From: Strigamia acuminata
Taxonomy: Eukaryota
Direction: 5' to 3'
Assembly (NCBI GenBank): GCA_949358305.1
Contig: OX442314.1
Coordinates: 30,566,001 to 30,630,000 of the forward strand
DNA length: 64,000 nucleotides
Numbering within the stretch: position 1 is the stretch's first letter; the number at the start of each line of letters is the position of its first letter. A program made the position numbers and the translations under genes. Below the pieces are notes generated by a model. That model made no database searches and was not told the origin of the DNA. It saw only the letters and a list, made by a program, of their open reading frames with translations. This document shows, piece by piece, positions 1 through 12,500 of the stretch.

Positions 1-419
1 TACCTCAAATTAAGTGCTCATTTCAACACCGATTGTTGATAAGTGCATTTTATCACGCGAATACTTAAAATCCTTTGCATTAGGTGGATAATTTTCGCTG
101 CTAGTGGATTATTAACCGGTATATTTGCAACATCGGCTGCCAGGGGGAAATAAAATGGCATTTTAACATAATCTACAGCGGTGTTTGCAAAAGCGGGGTT
201 CGGGAGGCTGCGAGTCCACAAATAAGTTTGGTACAAATAAGTCAGGTGCGTAATTGATTAATTATTTAAAATTTTAAAAATCCGATCCAATCCAAAAAAT
301 TTCGGATAAACCAATTATCCAATCCTATCCGAAAAAAATGGTGGCCCATCCAATCCTATCCTCATTTAATTCAAACCGACTGCGGATTGCGGATAGGATT
401 TGAGTCCCAAGCGCCCAAA

Positions 420-600
420 CGTCTCAAACTGATGAATTAAGTACAAAAATGACCAAAAACTGATGAATTAAGTGAAAAATGACCAAAAACTGATGAATTA
501 TGTGCAGAAATGATCAAAAAAAGTTTAAAAAGAGCAAAAATGACCAAAAACGGATGAATTGCGTGCAAAACTGACCAAAAAAGTGGAAAAAAAACATAAA
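420..600. repeat. Degenerate tandem repeat (AAAAATGACCAAAAACTGATGAATT..)
   Basis: Five to six related units of about 30 bp. Confidence 0.7.
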
Positions 601-1952
601 AATTTAAAATAAAGTGCATTTAAATTGGTTTTTATGAAAAACCTTTATTGGACTTATTCCACAGTGTTTTGGGATGTTAAAAAAAATTGTTTTTGGAATC
701 CTGTGAATAGATTTTTGAGCCACTGTAGAGGAACAAGACATTGGTTTTTTGTTTGATGTAATTTGTAATGAGGTCAGACGGGCCGGATTGAGTGTTTTCA
801 TGTGAACAATCGTGTGGATTAGTTACTGCAAATACATCTCACATTTTAAAATGCTCGCTTTTGAAATGTTTTTAGCTTTGCTGAGCTCTGGTACTGAATT
901 TGATGCATTTCTACGAGACTTACAGTGGATTTGATGCACATTTTGTGCATTTACAATGTGAATGATGCATTGCTATTGGATTTATACAGTGGCTTTGATG
1001 CACAACTGGATTTGAGTGGATTTATATGGATAGCCATTTTGCTCAGTAACATGTGCAATAAATCTTGTGTGATGCAATTTTAAACTCGACACGAAAATGG
1101 AGGTCAATTTTTTTTTCTCTCTTGTGATATAAAAAAGAGATAAACAAGTCTTGGGAGATGTCTGTATTTGGCAGATGACATTAATGAAAATAGCGAATGT
1201 CCGTTCCGTCTTTTATCTCCTTTGGCTGAAGAAGCGAGCGAGAGAAAGTGTGGAAACCAAAGAGACTTTAATTAGACTTTCTTGATGAAACTAGCTCTCA
1301 GTGACAAGACAAGAAATTGAAAGCTAAAGGGGCGGAATCTCTTGGGAAATGATACACTTGAAGTGTGAATTGTGTGGATAAAATGTGGCTAGTAATGAAA
1401 ATTTGTGCAATTTTTTTTAATATATCTTTTTGGGGATTAGGTGTATCAATGTGCATGTGCAAGAGATTAGGAGAAGAAGAATAGGCAGATTATTTTTAGA
1501 TGAATTGGGGATGGAGGCAGGAAATTAATTGGGGGAACGAGTAATTTAATCTGGTTGTGAAAGGCATTAGTTGACTCGTGGTTCCATTTGAAAAGCCCAA
1601 TGAGATGGCATGGTGGGCTTTCGCATTTAATCTTACGCAAGATAAAACAGAAAAATTTGCTTCCTGATAGCGTTAGAGAGCGAGATAAAAATTAAAAACA
1701 ATAAGTGCTTTCGGAGTTTGTGTTTGTGTGGTTTTTGTTGTGTCTATGTAGAGGGAAAAGGAGAAATTGTGGCGTGGTTAGTGAAGCTAGAGAGCGAATT
1801 TTATTGGATTACCTGTAGGTGGCACTAAACACGAGGCACAAAAGTGGAATTAGAAATTTTGGCGAATGGTGTTTTCACTTTTAGTGGCATGTCAATTAAA
1901 CGCATTACAAGGGGTTTTTAAGCGGCTGTAAAGTAAATTGGGAACAATATAA

Positions 1953-2417
1953 AGGCTAGTTCACGTGCATGAAGTTGAACCAAGTTGATGTCAAAACTGC
2001 GCCAACTCTTTGAAGAGTGTGTTTCTCGCAAACCGACCATGGGATTTGGATGAAACTTGTTTTATTGAAATATTTCAACTTTATGCGTCGTGCACTATAA
2101 CGCACGAAATCGCACGAAATCACGAGGCCAATGCGCGTTGGTGAAGCAACCTATACTCAAAACCACCAAAAAGTAGCTCATAACACCAGAATTGTACTCG
2201 AACTCTAGACATTGTGATCGATTAACAACAGTTGTTTCATTGTCAAAGGAATAGAACTACTTTTCCACGTAGTAGAACACAGTACACAGTTAGGTGTAAA
2301 CAGGCTGAAATAGATCAACGTTGTGGTGGTTTTGAGTATAGTTCATACGCAACTCATGTTAACGAAGCAGCTTTGGTGCGCTAATGCTTGCATTAATGGA
2401 TGCATGTGAACTAGGCT
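1953..2417. mobile_element. PIF/Harbinger-like MITE with a nested TIR element at 2151-2341
   Basis: TIR AGGCTAGTTCACGTGCAT / ATGCATGTGAACTAGGCT with TAA on both sides; inner TIR CTATACTCAAAACCACC / GGTGGTTTTGAGTATAG, partial second copy at about 14682-14824. Confidence 0.75.
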
Positions 2418-3568
2418 TAAATAACATAGATCCACATTTACTATCATTGGATGTTTGGGAATTTAGTCATTCGGGGACCTGCAGATGAGGAAAGTAGATC
2501 GAAGAAGGGTTTTTTATTTTTACTTTTATAAAATATATCTTGGTTGTTGTGAAAACTAAAACCAGGCCTAAACATAACTTTGTTAAAATAAACATAAAAA
2601 AACCCGCTTGTAGTTTTTGCTTTTATCCTTATTGCAACTATCCGTCAACGTCTGCACATGTATGCGAGTAGAAATTATCAGCGCGAGGTGCAAAATGGAT
2701 CAAAATGCGAACGACGGATTTTGAGATACGGACTTTTTGTACGTTAAAATTGGCATAGCTCAAAAACCGCAAGAGCTAGGTGTTTGAAAGATTGGAAATA
2801 GTCAGGAAACCATGTTAGAAACCCCTAAATCAAGTTTCATTTCTGTTACCACTAAATTTTCACCGCAACTGAGTATGATATGGGTCTGTGAATTTTTCAC
2901 TCACTTTCTAAACTTTTGAAATGTAGTCGTAGTCTAAACTTCTTGTCTCAATGTTATCGTAAGTCGAACTCCAGTGGGCATGCGCGCAGAGCATTTAAAC
3001 AACAAAACATGTTTGACTGCAATTTTAAACTGACTTTTCGAATGCAGCTGCAAAATCAGCATAACGATCAAACTTTGAATGTCTAAAAAAAAAGTCGGTA
3101 TTCGGTAATCCGATCTTCGGTCGTTGATTAGAATGATTAAAACCCGCACAACCGCTAGGAAATGGCTTTCTAACAATAGATCTTTGTAGGACAAGCCTCT
3201 AATCACTCTCTTTTAAGTCGAAGACTATTTTTCTCTTTCCTAAAAAAAGGAAAAAAATGCCAAATTCTTATTTTTGGCAAGCTGCACACAATCTCTCATC
3301 TTTATGCCTTCATGGGGACTTGTTTAAGCTCTAAGATTGCATGTGGGAATGTGACTTGACTTGTTATGTCTTACTCTCTTTGCTTACATGAAAAGAAAAC
3401 TTGTCTATATTTGTGGGAGAAACTCTTTTTATGTCAATTGCACTAGTTTACTAAGCATCTAAATCGTCTGTTTGAACTGATTAAACTCTCTGGGAGCCTC
3501 GGTTTCATCAATTCAGTGGTTTTTTTTTGTTTTTATTTATTTTATATTTTTTATATTTGTATTTTCAG

Positions 3569-6500
3569 CCCTTTATGTCACCTAGATATCCTGGAGGACC
3601 AAGGCCAGGTGTTAGGATGCCTCAAATGGCCAACGATTTTAATGCAGTAAGTTGAATTATTCATGAAAAGATTTTGGTTGGGTCAGAAGGCTTAGTTGGT
3701 TGTCATAGAAACACGTTTTAAAAAAGTTATATTTTGTTTGGTGGAGATTTAATGAGTGATTTTTGCTTGTTTGATGTAGACTCCAGGAACAGTTCCCGGT
3801 CAACCAATGATGCCTAACAGTATGGATCCCACAAGGCAAGGTGTGTACGAAAACTCCACATTATTTTCTTTTCTTTTGGTGTTTTATTTAGGGACAGACG
3901 GACAGATTTATTTCTATACAGAAAAGTGTAGAAGGCGTTTAGAAGTCTAAGATGTAATGTTCAATGCATTCTAGCACCAAAAAATGGGTTTTAGCACGTA
4001 AAAAGGTGTTTAAACACCTAAAATGGCATTTTTAAAATGGACTTTGTTTTCGATTTTTATGCCAAAAAAAGTAATTGAGTCGATGCCAGCTTTAACCGCT
4101 TTTTTGGACTTGAATCTCGCTTTTGGTGGTCTTTATTGATTAATTACAGCTGGCAGGTGATGGAAAGACACATTTTTAGTGTTCATTGTTTATTATTCGG
4201 TCTAAGGACGCTCGTGTTTAAGCCAGCGATATATTTTTTTTTCTTTGCCACAACGAAGTTAACATTTGGCAGCCCAAACTGACCGAAAAGTTGTAATCAA
4301 ATCCATCCATGCACTGTTGCGAACACGGAGGTTGGGATTGTGTGACACTTGTGTTTGGAGTTGCGTTGCTGGCACATCTGGCTCCACGTACCAATCAAAG
4401 TCTGCCACAGTTTTCTCCAGTGTTTCTTCCATTTGTGGCAGGAAAGTGCGCGCAGAAGACTGTGCGCAGATGTGGGAGTTAAAGCGCTCTGCTGCAGTGG
4501 TGTCGAATGGAAACGTCGAAAGCGGTGGAAGTTTCGACTGTGAGTGAATTTTCATTTCACCGCAAGGAGTCAGGAATCGGGTGAATCATTTTACGTGCGC
4601 ACTGGTTAATTGCTCGTTTGCGGAAGTGCTTAGGTGCAGTTGTATTAAAACCGCACTTGGTTCCATGTTGAATCGGGAGCGGATTTCTTTCATTAGACTG
4701 CACCTTACACGCTAATGGTGTTAAATTGTTCATTGTGTGCCCAAAATTACCCTGGTGCTTGCCACTCTTCTGTTCTTGGGCTTTTGAAACCGCATTTCTT
4801 CAGTTGGAGGAGCCATGAATTAAATTAAATTAAGGAGGATTTTTTTTTTTTTTTTTTTTTTTTTTGGTTTTTTTGAGAATAAATGTTTTGTTGGCTTTGT
4901 TGTCTTTGTTGTATTGAATGCGCACTAAACGCGTTTGTCGCCGGTGTCAGTGTAGGGCATCCAATCGTGATGAGTATTGCGTATGTTCTATCAAATTTAT
5001 GAAATCAAACCTTTTTAAGTCACCATTTTCTGTTTTTGAATAAATTGATCAGCGAGTGAACTAAAAAAAAGAAAAAGCAATTTTGTTGTTCGCGCATTAA
5101 AGCTAGGTTCTTCTTGTGTTCACACTAGACGTAATGCAAGAAAACTGACGTAACACAAGTTGCTTGCGTTCAAAAATTCTTGACGTTGACGCTAATTCCT
5201 GCTTCAACTCCAAGTTGAAGTAAGTGACGCAATGCCAGGAAAGGTCTTACGTCCAACCACGATCGACTCCAACTCTTGCCGATTCACGTCTGGTTGGTGA
5301 GACTTTGCCACATGCAAACAGGCTGCCATTTGTGGATTCTGGAACTAGTTCTAGAACTAGATCCAATTCCAGGTTTCACTGAAACCATCTGATTGGCCAG
5401 ACGCAACATCAATTGTTTCAGCTCTGTTCACACGTGCCCTACAGTGTAAACAGACTCTGCGATGCGGTGCGTTGCGATCTATTCAATTTCAAAATGGCCG
5501 CCAGAAAAACGTGTTGAAATTGGGTCGAAATCCAAAGAATCCACCCCACACGTGGATTATGAGAATCGGTTTTTCGAGAATCCGCTTCTCCAAAATATGA
5601 CGCGTTTTGCATCATTTCCGCCAGGGAAAATCGAGAGAATCGGTTTTTCGATTTGAAATTGAACGTGCCTATTGCTAGCCACGGTCGGTCATTTCTGTCT
5701 TCTTTGATTGTGGACATCTGTGCGTGTACACAATCCTAGTTTTCCAGGAACAATCGCATTTTTTTGGCGTAAACACTTTGGTGTGCCATGTAGTACAAAA
5801 ATGTGGCACTCCCATTAATGGTGCTTTGTACGACAATCTTAAATTATCTAGAGAATAATTTTAAAAAGTTTGCATTTGTTATGAAATAAGAAGAAAACAT
5901 TCGAAGAATTAGTTCTTTCTCCACTTCTGTAATTTTTTTCATCGGACCATGGCCGATGGGAAGGTTAACATCTCTCAACGCGCAGAGAAATATGTTAAAC
6001 GGGTTGAAACAAAACACCTAGTGGTGAAATACAACTTTTTAATTGACCAGGATACACCAGAGAGCACTCTCCTGAGTTTCTATATAATTTATTTTTTTTA
6101 TTTTTTCTTACAAAAATTATCTCAAATTTCTTCAATAGTGGTGAGTAGAAGTCAGGGAGCACTCTCCCGAGTTTTTCTGCTGACTGATTATTATTATTCT
6201 ATTCTTTTTTTCTTTTCTTTTTTCATTATAAATTTTGAAGTCAAAAAAAAAAGTAATTTCAATTTTCATTTAAAAATTTGGCGAGAAAAAAATGAAATAG
6301 AAGAAACTAATTATATAAAAAAAAAAGAAGAAAAAGAAAAAATATCACATAATGGGAGTTGCTGTTTTGTTTTCAACCCAAACTAATTAAGATGACGAAG
6401 GGGCGGTTGTGGAAGCTTTAAAAAAAAACAGTAGTGAATGCCGTGTGTGCAAGCAAATGCCCAGAGATTTGTCAACTTGATTTATTCGGCGAGTCTGGTG

Positions 6501-9500
6501 CAGAGCTTTGACAAAGGTTACTTTGAAAATGAAATACGTCTGCGACTTTGAGTGCCATTCGTCTTGTTATCTGCTTAATCTGTATCCATCTCGACTGATA
6601 TACGAGATGTATTTTAAGAATTTTTATTTTTTTAAAGTTTATTGCTTCATAATATAATTGGTTGATTTTATGTTGTTTTTTTTTTATTTTTTGCAGGTGA
6701 CGGGGCTGAGTTTGTCGGATGGCAAGGTAAGTTCAAGTGGTGCCGCGAGTTTTAATTTATTTTATATATTTTTTTTTTCCTTTTTTCAAATCATTAAGGA
6801 GTTATTTTAATGAAAAGTTGCACGCATGGTGACTGACCAATTGGGATTATTGAGAAATTAATAGGAATTTAATGCGGTGTTCCCGCTTGACTGAAACAGC
6901 GAAAAAAAAAAGCTGAAAATTCATCTTTTCTGTTGTTGGTTCCCATCTGGCTGAAAAGTGGGCAAAAGATCGTGAAATTTCATAATTGTATTTTAGTAGC
7001 GTTTAAAAATGGACGCCGGCAAGGTTTTAGTAGCGAGGCGCAGTGGCGGGTTTAGCATCTGCAAGACCCTAGGCGAATATGGGCAAGTTCGAGGCCCCCC
7101 CACTGTAGAAAAATTGTTATTAACGTTCCTCGATGTCGGTAAAACATGATTACTGAGTTTCATGGAAAGTACGAGGCCCTAGGCGAAAGCCTAGCTTGCC
7201 TAGAAGTGGTGTCGTAGCAGAAAACTGGACTTTCTGATCTGTTTCAGTCGAGTGAGAACAATCGTGATTGGTGTTTTCAACGACGTTAACAAAAATGTCG
7301 TTGGAACCAGTGGCGCATTATAATAGGGGCACACTAGGCACTCATCTAGGTCTCCGGATTTTTCTAGGGGACCCATTTCAGTTGATCAGTTTATGAAAAA
7401 TAAAATAAAATTATAAATTTGGGAATTTCACAATTTTTGATTTTCGGAAAATATGCATTTATAGTCAATTTTGGCTTTTTATTGAATATAAATAATTCCT
7501 ATGCGTTTGTGCATTTATCCGGGCCTTATTAATTACAATGTACTGCATTTTTAGAGGGATTTTTTTTTTAAGTTTATTAGGTTTTATTTTATTAATATAA
7601 ATCGGTGGGGCCCCGATGTGTAATGTGCCACTGCTAGGAAGGATTGATTGTAACCGGTAATGGCTGGAAAACGTGTATGGGTGTGGTTTGTTTTATTAAA
7701 TAATCGGATTTTTGGAAGATTTTGTTTGGTTTTTGAATGATTTATTTCGTTTTGGATTGTTTTCGAAGTGTTTTTCTGTGTTTAGTCCTAAGGGGAGTTT
7801 AGTGGAAGTCAAATTTGGGGAATTTATCGGGAAATGTTTACACTTGTGCACAATGCTTGTTGTTGAAAGGTTAAAAGGATACTGTAGTTTCAAGCGTGTG
7901 CTCGCATTGTATTCAAGTAGGGTTGCCAGATTTCTGGGAGGACGAACAAGAACATGTTTTTTAACAAAATTGTATGTTAATTTGGATGTGGTTTTAATCC
8001 AAAATTTGATTTAAAAAAGAAAAATAAATAAAAAAAATTAAAATTTGATTTAAAAAATAAAAAAATAATAAAAAAATTTAAAATTTAATTTAAAAAATAA
8101 AAAAAATAAAAAATTTCAAAATTTTATTTCATTTAAAAAATAGATGACACAATATTGTCGTATTGTCATATTAATCATGAAGAAATGTCGACCTATTTGC
8201 ATCATATTTGCGTTAATTGTGACAAAATATGTCGTTAAATTGAGAAATATACATTTGTTTTAACTTTGTTTAATTATATTCATTAAGAAGGATAATTTTA
8301 TAATGTTTGGTTATGTAAACTTAATGAGTTTAGCCATTCTGATTGTGTTTTAATGCTTTTAGCAACATAGTTCTCATATTTTTATTATTATGTAAGAGAA
8401 AATGCAAGAATTTGTGTATATAAAAAGTGTGTGGGAAAATGGAAAAAAATTCAGAGAAATTTTAAAAATTGCTATCATTTTGCTCGAAAAATACATAATA
8501 AATTTGTAAAAAATTCACTGTTTTTCTTGTGAGAAATGACTTTTAAACCTTTATAAATAAATAAAAAGGGAATTGTATATAAACTGCTGTGGTTTTTGCT
8601 TTTTTAAAGAAAGAAAACAATTTTTTTTTTAATTTTTAGTACAGTATAAAATAAAAAACGTGTTGCGTGAAAAATATGCAGGAAGTAATTTAAACGAAAT
8701 AACGACATTTAGCATAAAAACAAGAAAATTACGTGTGTGAAATGTATAATATTAACACGTGAATCATTTTGCAATGCGATGTGGTCACTCGAATGGACAC
8801 ATGGCTGCTTTTAGCTGATAAACCCGTAATAGAATATGGAGCCAATCAATTCAAACTTTGATCAATCACACGAGTACGAGTTCGATTGTAATACCGCCGC
8901 CATCTTTTTATGCTAATCTGCGTTGTTGGAAGCACGAAAATAATTTTAAAATGTAAATGAATGCAAATAAAATCAAGTTTTAAGTGGAAGGGGGAAAAAA
9001 TGGACATTTATTATGAAATTTTAATTAAATCACCAAATTCAAAGTCCAGGTTGTAAAAAAAGGGAAATTTAGTATAACAGGATTGTTGAAAAAATGTTGA
9101 AATTTTGGTTAAAATGTTGAATAAATTAAAATTAATTAGTTTTGCAATGTTGAATCAACATTTTTGAATGTTTTTTTCTCTGTCAAGACCAGAAATTAAC
9201 ATAATATTATTTTAAAAAAGTGTTGAATTTTGGTACAAATGTTGAAAAATCACCCAAGAAATGACTTCAACAATGTCGAATCAACATTTTTGATTGAAAA
9301 AAAGCAAAAATAATTGCATAATAATTTTTTGGAGGGCAAAAAAGAGCCCTAGTGACACAACATTGTTGAAAAAATGTTGAAATTTGGGTTAAAGTGTTTC
9401 CGATTGACAAAAAAATCAACAATCTCCAATGTCCGCCCCCTGTTTTTGAAACCAATAACATGAAATTTAACGATTTTTGTGTCAGTAGTTCTCAAAGAAT

Positions 9501-12500
9501 TTAAGGGGGGCAGGGGGTGCTGAGAATATGTAGAAAAAATGAACCCATTTAGTTTTAGAGTATGTGATTGAAAGGAATTTGAACCACGCCCAAATGATTG
9601 ATTTGTTTGTCATTATAACTCATTAATATTTCGAGTTTTGAACATGTTTTAATCCGATTAAAAATAATCTCCCTATCACACTGGCATTGAGCGAGTGACG
9701 AAAATGCTCCACCAATAATCATTCATCTTCCCAAGACGCAAAAAAGAAAATTAAATTTAAAATTATGAAATTTTGAATCGAAAAGAGAAAAAAAGAAAAT
9801 TTTAGTTTCTATGTAACTAAATAAGGGAATGTAAAAAAAAAAGACAGTTGTTGACTTACGTTGGTGTGGAATGTATCCAATTGTGCATGAGAAGTGTACA
9901 TATCCTGAAGAGTAAACATGGGAAAATAAAAAGAAAAAATGTTGTGATGGGTGAAATGGTTTGGCTGCGTGAGCTCCAGCTCGCGCTGTGCCTCAGAGGC
10001 CACTAGTGGTTGCTATCAGAAGGCTGCATCTGGCTGGTTTTAGTCCCAGAATTCTCTGCTGTCAGTTGATTGGCTCGCTGAATCAGTTTCAAGTCGCGAG
10101 ATTGATGCAGCATTTTTGTGCTTTGCAATTTTTTTTTTTTTTTATATATATATATATATATAATTAATTTTAATTATTGGTTTGGATTTTTGAGAAAGTG
10201 AAATTAGAAATAAGTTTTTATTTTTAAGGATTTTTGTTATTAGCATAACTTGTAGTTGAGTAATGGGAATTTTTTTGATTTACATTTGGTGTTCGCAAGC
10301 TGACGAATATTAGTGGGAACGTGATCTCCTGGTCCACCTCTATACCCCCTATTTCTGTGTAACATGAATTCTGAAAAGATATATAAAATAAGTGGTTATA
10401 GTGCTGACTGCGTCTAAACTTTGTAATTAATGCAATGTTAATGCAATGATGGACTGGATGTAACTGACCATCGCCTGACGTAACTCCACTAGACTTTTTT
10501 TGGTGGAGTTACGTTAAGGATGTGGTTTATGCAGCGACATTACAGGATTTTCAGACGTTGAGAAATCGTGTAATTAACGGTGTAAAACTGCGATGTTACA
10601 TGACACCTGGCAAGAATTGGATATTTTAAGACTAATCTAATAGAATGTTGAAAATACATTAAATATTTCAGTTCAAATTGCAATAAAATTATTGGCGAGT
10701 TGGATTGACGGAAATTAAAACTTATATAAAAATATCTAGATGCAGTCAGCACTGGCTATTTATTTTATGTACGGGTTGTGGTGTTGTCAAATTTGAAGAT
10801 TTACGACGTCTTGTGATAAAATCGTGTAAAAATTCAGGGTTTTATGACGTCAGATGACATTTGTAACGTCACAAATAAAATAATTATTTTTTAATTTATT
10901 TGTGCACTCTTTAGTTTCGTGTTTTGGTAACTTTAGGCAACATTTTAATGAAGTAATTCGAATGAACATTTCTGGTTTTAAAAAATAAAATCCCAAATTA
11001 ATTACTGTCATTAAATTGCCGCGTGTTGAATAAATGGCAAGTTTAGTTGGAATCTAAAGTATCTTCTTAGAAGATAATTGCATTGCGTGATTTTTTCATA
11101 TTTTCACATCACTTGCTTTTTTCTAAAGAAGGAAATGGGGATTTGTTGCTAGACTTAATCTCGAATTATTACAAAAGGTCATTTCAATTTTTTTTTCTTC
11201 TAATTCCACGCTTTGTTTACACTGTGATGCAACAACATGTCAATTATGAAAATTAAAATTATAAAAATTATAATTTTTTTGTTTTTCTCTTTTTATTTTG
11301 TTTAGGTCCACCTGGAATGGCACCAATTAATCCACGCATGAATCCTCCAAGAGGGCCAGGAATGGGGCCCATGAACCCAGGGAGTTATGGGGGCATTCGA
11401 GGGCCGCCACCAAACAGTTCAATGGGGCCTGGTCCCATGCCCCCAATGTCTATGTATGTATAACATTATTTTTTGAAAAGTCTTCAGTTTTTGATTTAAT
11501 CATAATAAATCTTTGAAGATTTATTAAGATATAAGTATATTAATTATTTTCTACAGAAATTTTTTGTCCATTAATCATGACAAATCTTTATAAATCGTGG
11601 TAAATCTTTATAAATCGTGATAAATCTTTATAAATCTGGGTAAATCTGTTCAAAAGAAATGGTACAAAAAGAGAATTGGGTGTACAATGCGTATGTACAG
11701 AAACCTAGTGTCCAATTATGCAAACAAATCGGTTTTATAAACACCTATGTCTCCCTATTACTTCGGATAATCGACGCTCAACTGTAAATCTTTGTTTGGG
11801 GGCCAGTGCTGGACTGGCCCGTTCCTGACCCACTGTAGCATGTCCCTGTGGCCCGACCCATCCAGATTTCCCAGTACTAAATTTGTACCCAGTCCAGCCC
11901 CGTTGGGGGCATCAAAAATGTCTGATTTTGTGATTTGTGCTAAAATAATCAAATTGCAAAATCGTACATTTAATGAAACCCCGTTGGTTATTTTGAAAAA
12001 AATGTCTCCATAAATTTTTAATGAAAAGTGGATTGATTTATAGTTCCATGTGATTTGAGTTTTCGTATCGTAAATCATAATATCTATTACCGGTAATTCA
12101 AAATTTTTGTCGATGAATATTCTGTTGTGGAAATAACAATTGTAAATCTTATTAAATCACACTGTAAATCATTATTAATTATACAGTACCTTACAAAAAT
12201 GTTTTGTGATGTGCTTTGTATTTTATAAAAATCGTTTTCAAATGGAATGACTCCACCACTCGTACAATTTGTAATTACACTCTGAAATTGGTGAGAAATC
12301 ATTCCTAACTGCTTGTTTCAAGCGTCATATTTTCTTGATTGATGTGCCAGGTGTACAGCAGCTAAAATTACAGGGAATTGGTTCAATTTTCAAATGCAGC
12401 TAATTAGAAAACACGTGTTGTTGTTTTTTTTTAATTTTTTTGTTTGTTTATATTTTTAATTTGAAATCTTAAAATGTGCATCAACATATTACAAATCGTG

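Noticed and set aside
4259..4555. Overlapping ORFs on both strands in an Ssdp intron
   Set aside because: No homology and no usable splice sites; possibly regulatory but unsupported.
10476..10516. Short hairpin TGACGTAACTCCAC / GTGGAGTTACGTTA as a miRNA or terminator
   Set aside because: Stem too short for a pre-miRNA; more likely a collapsed MITE.
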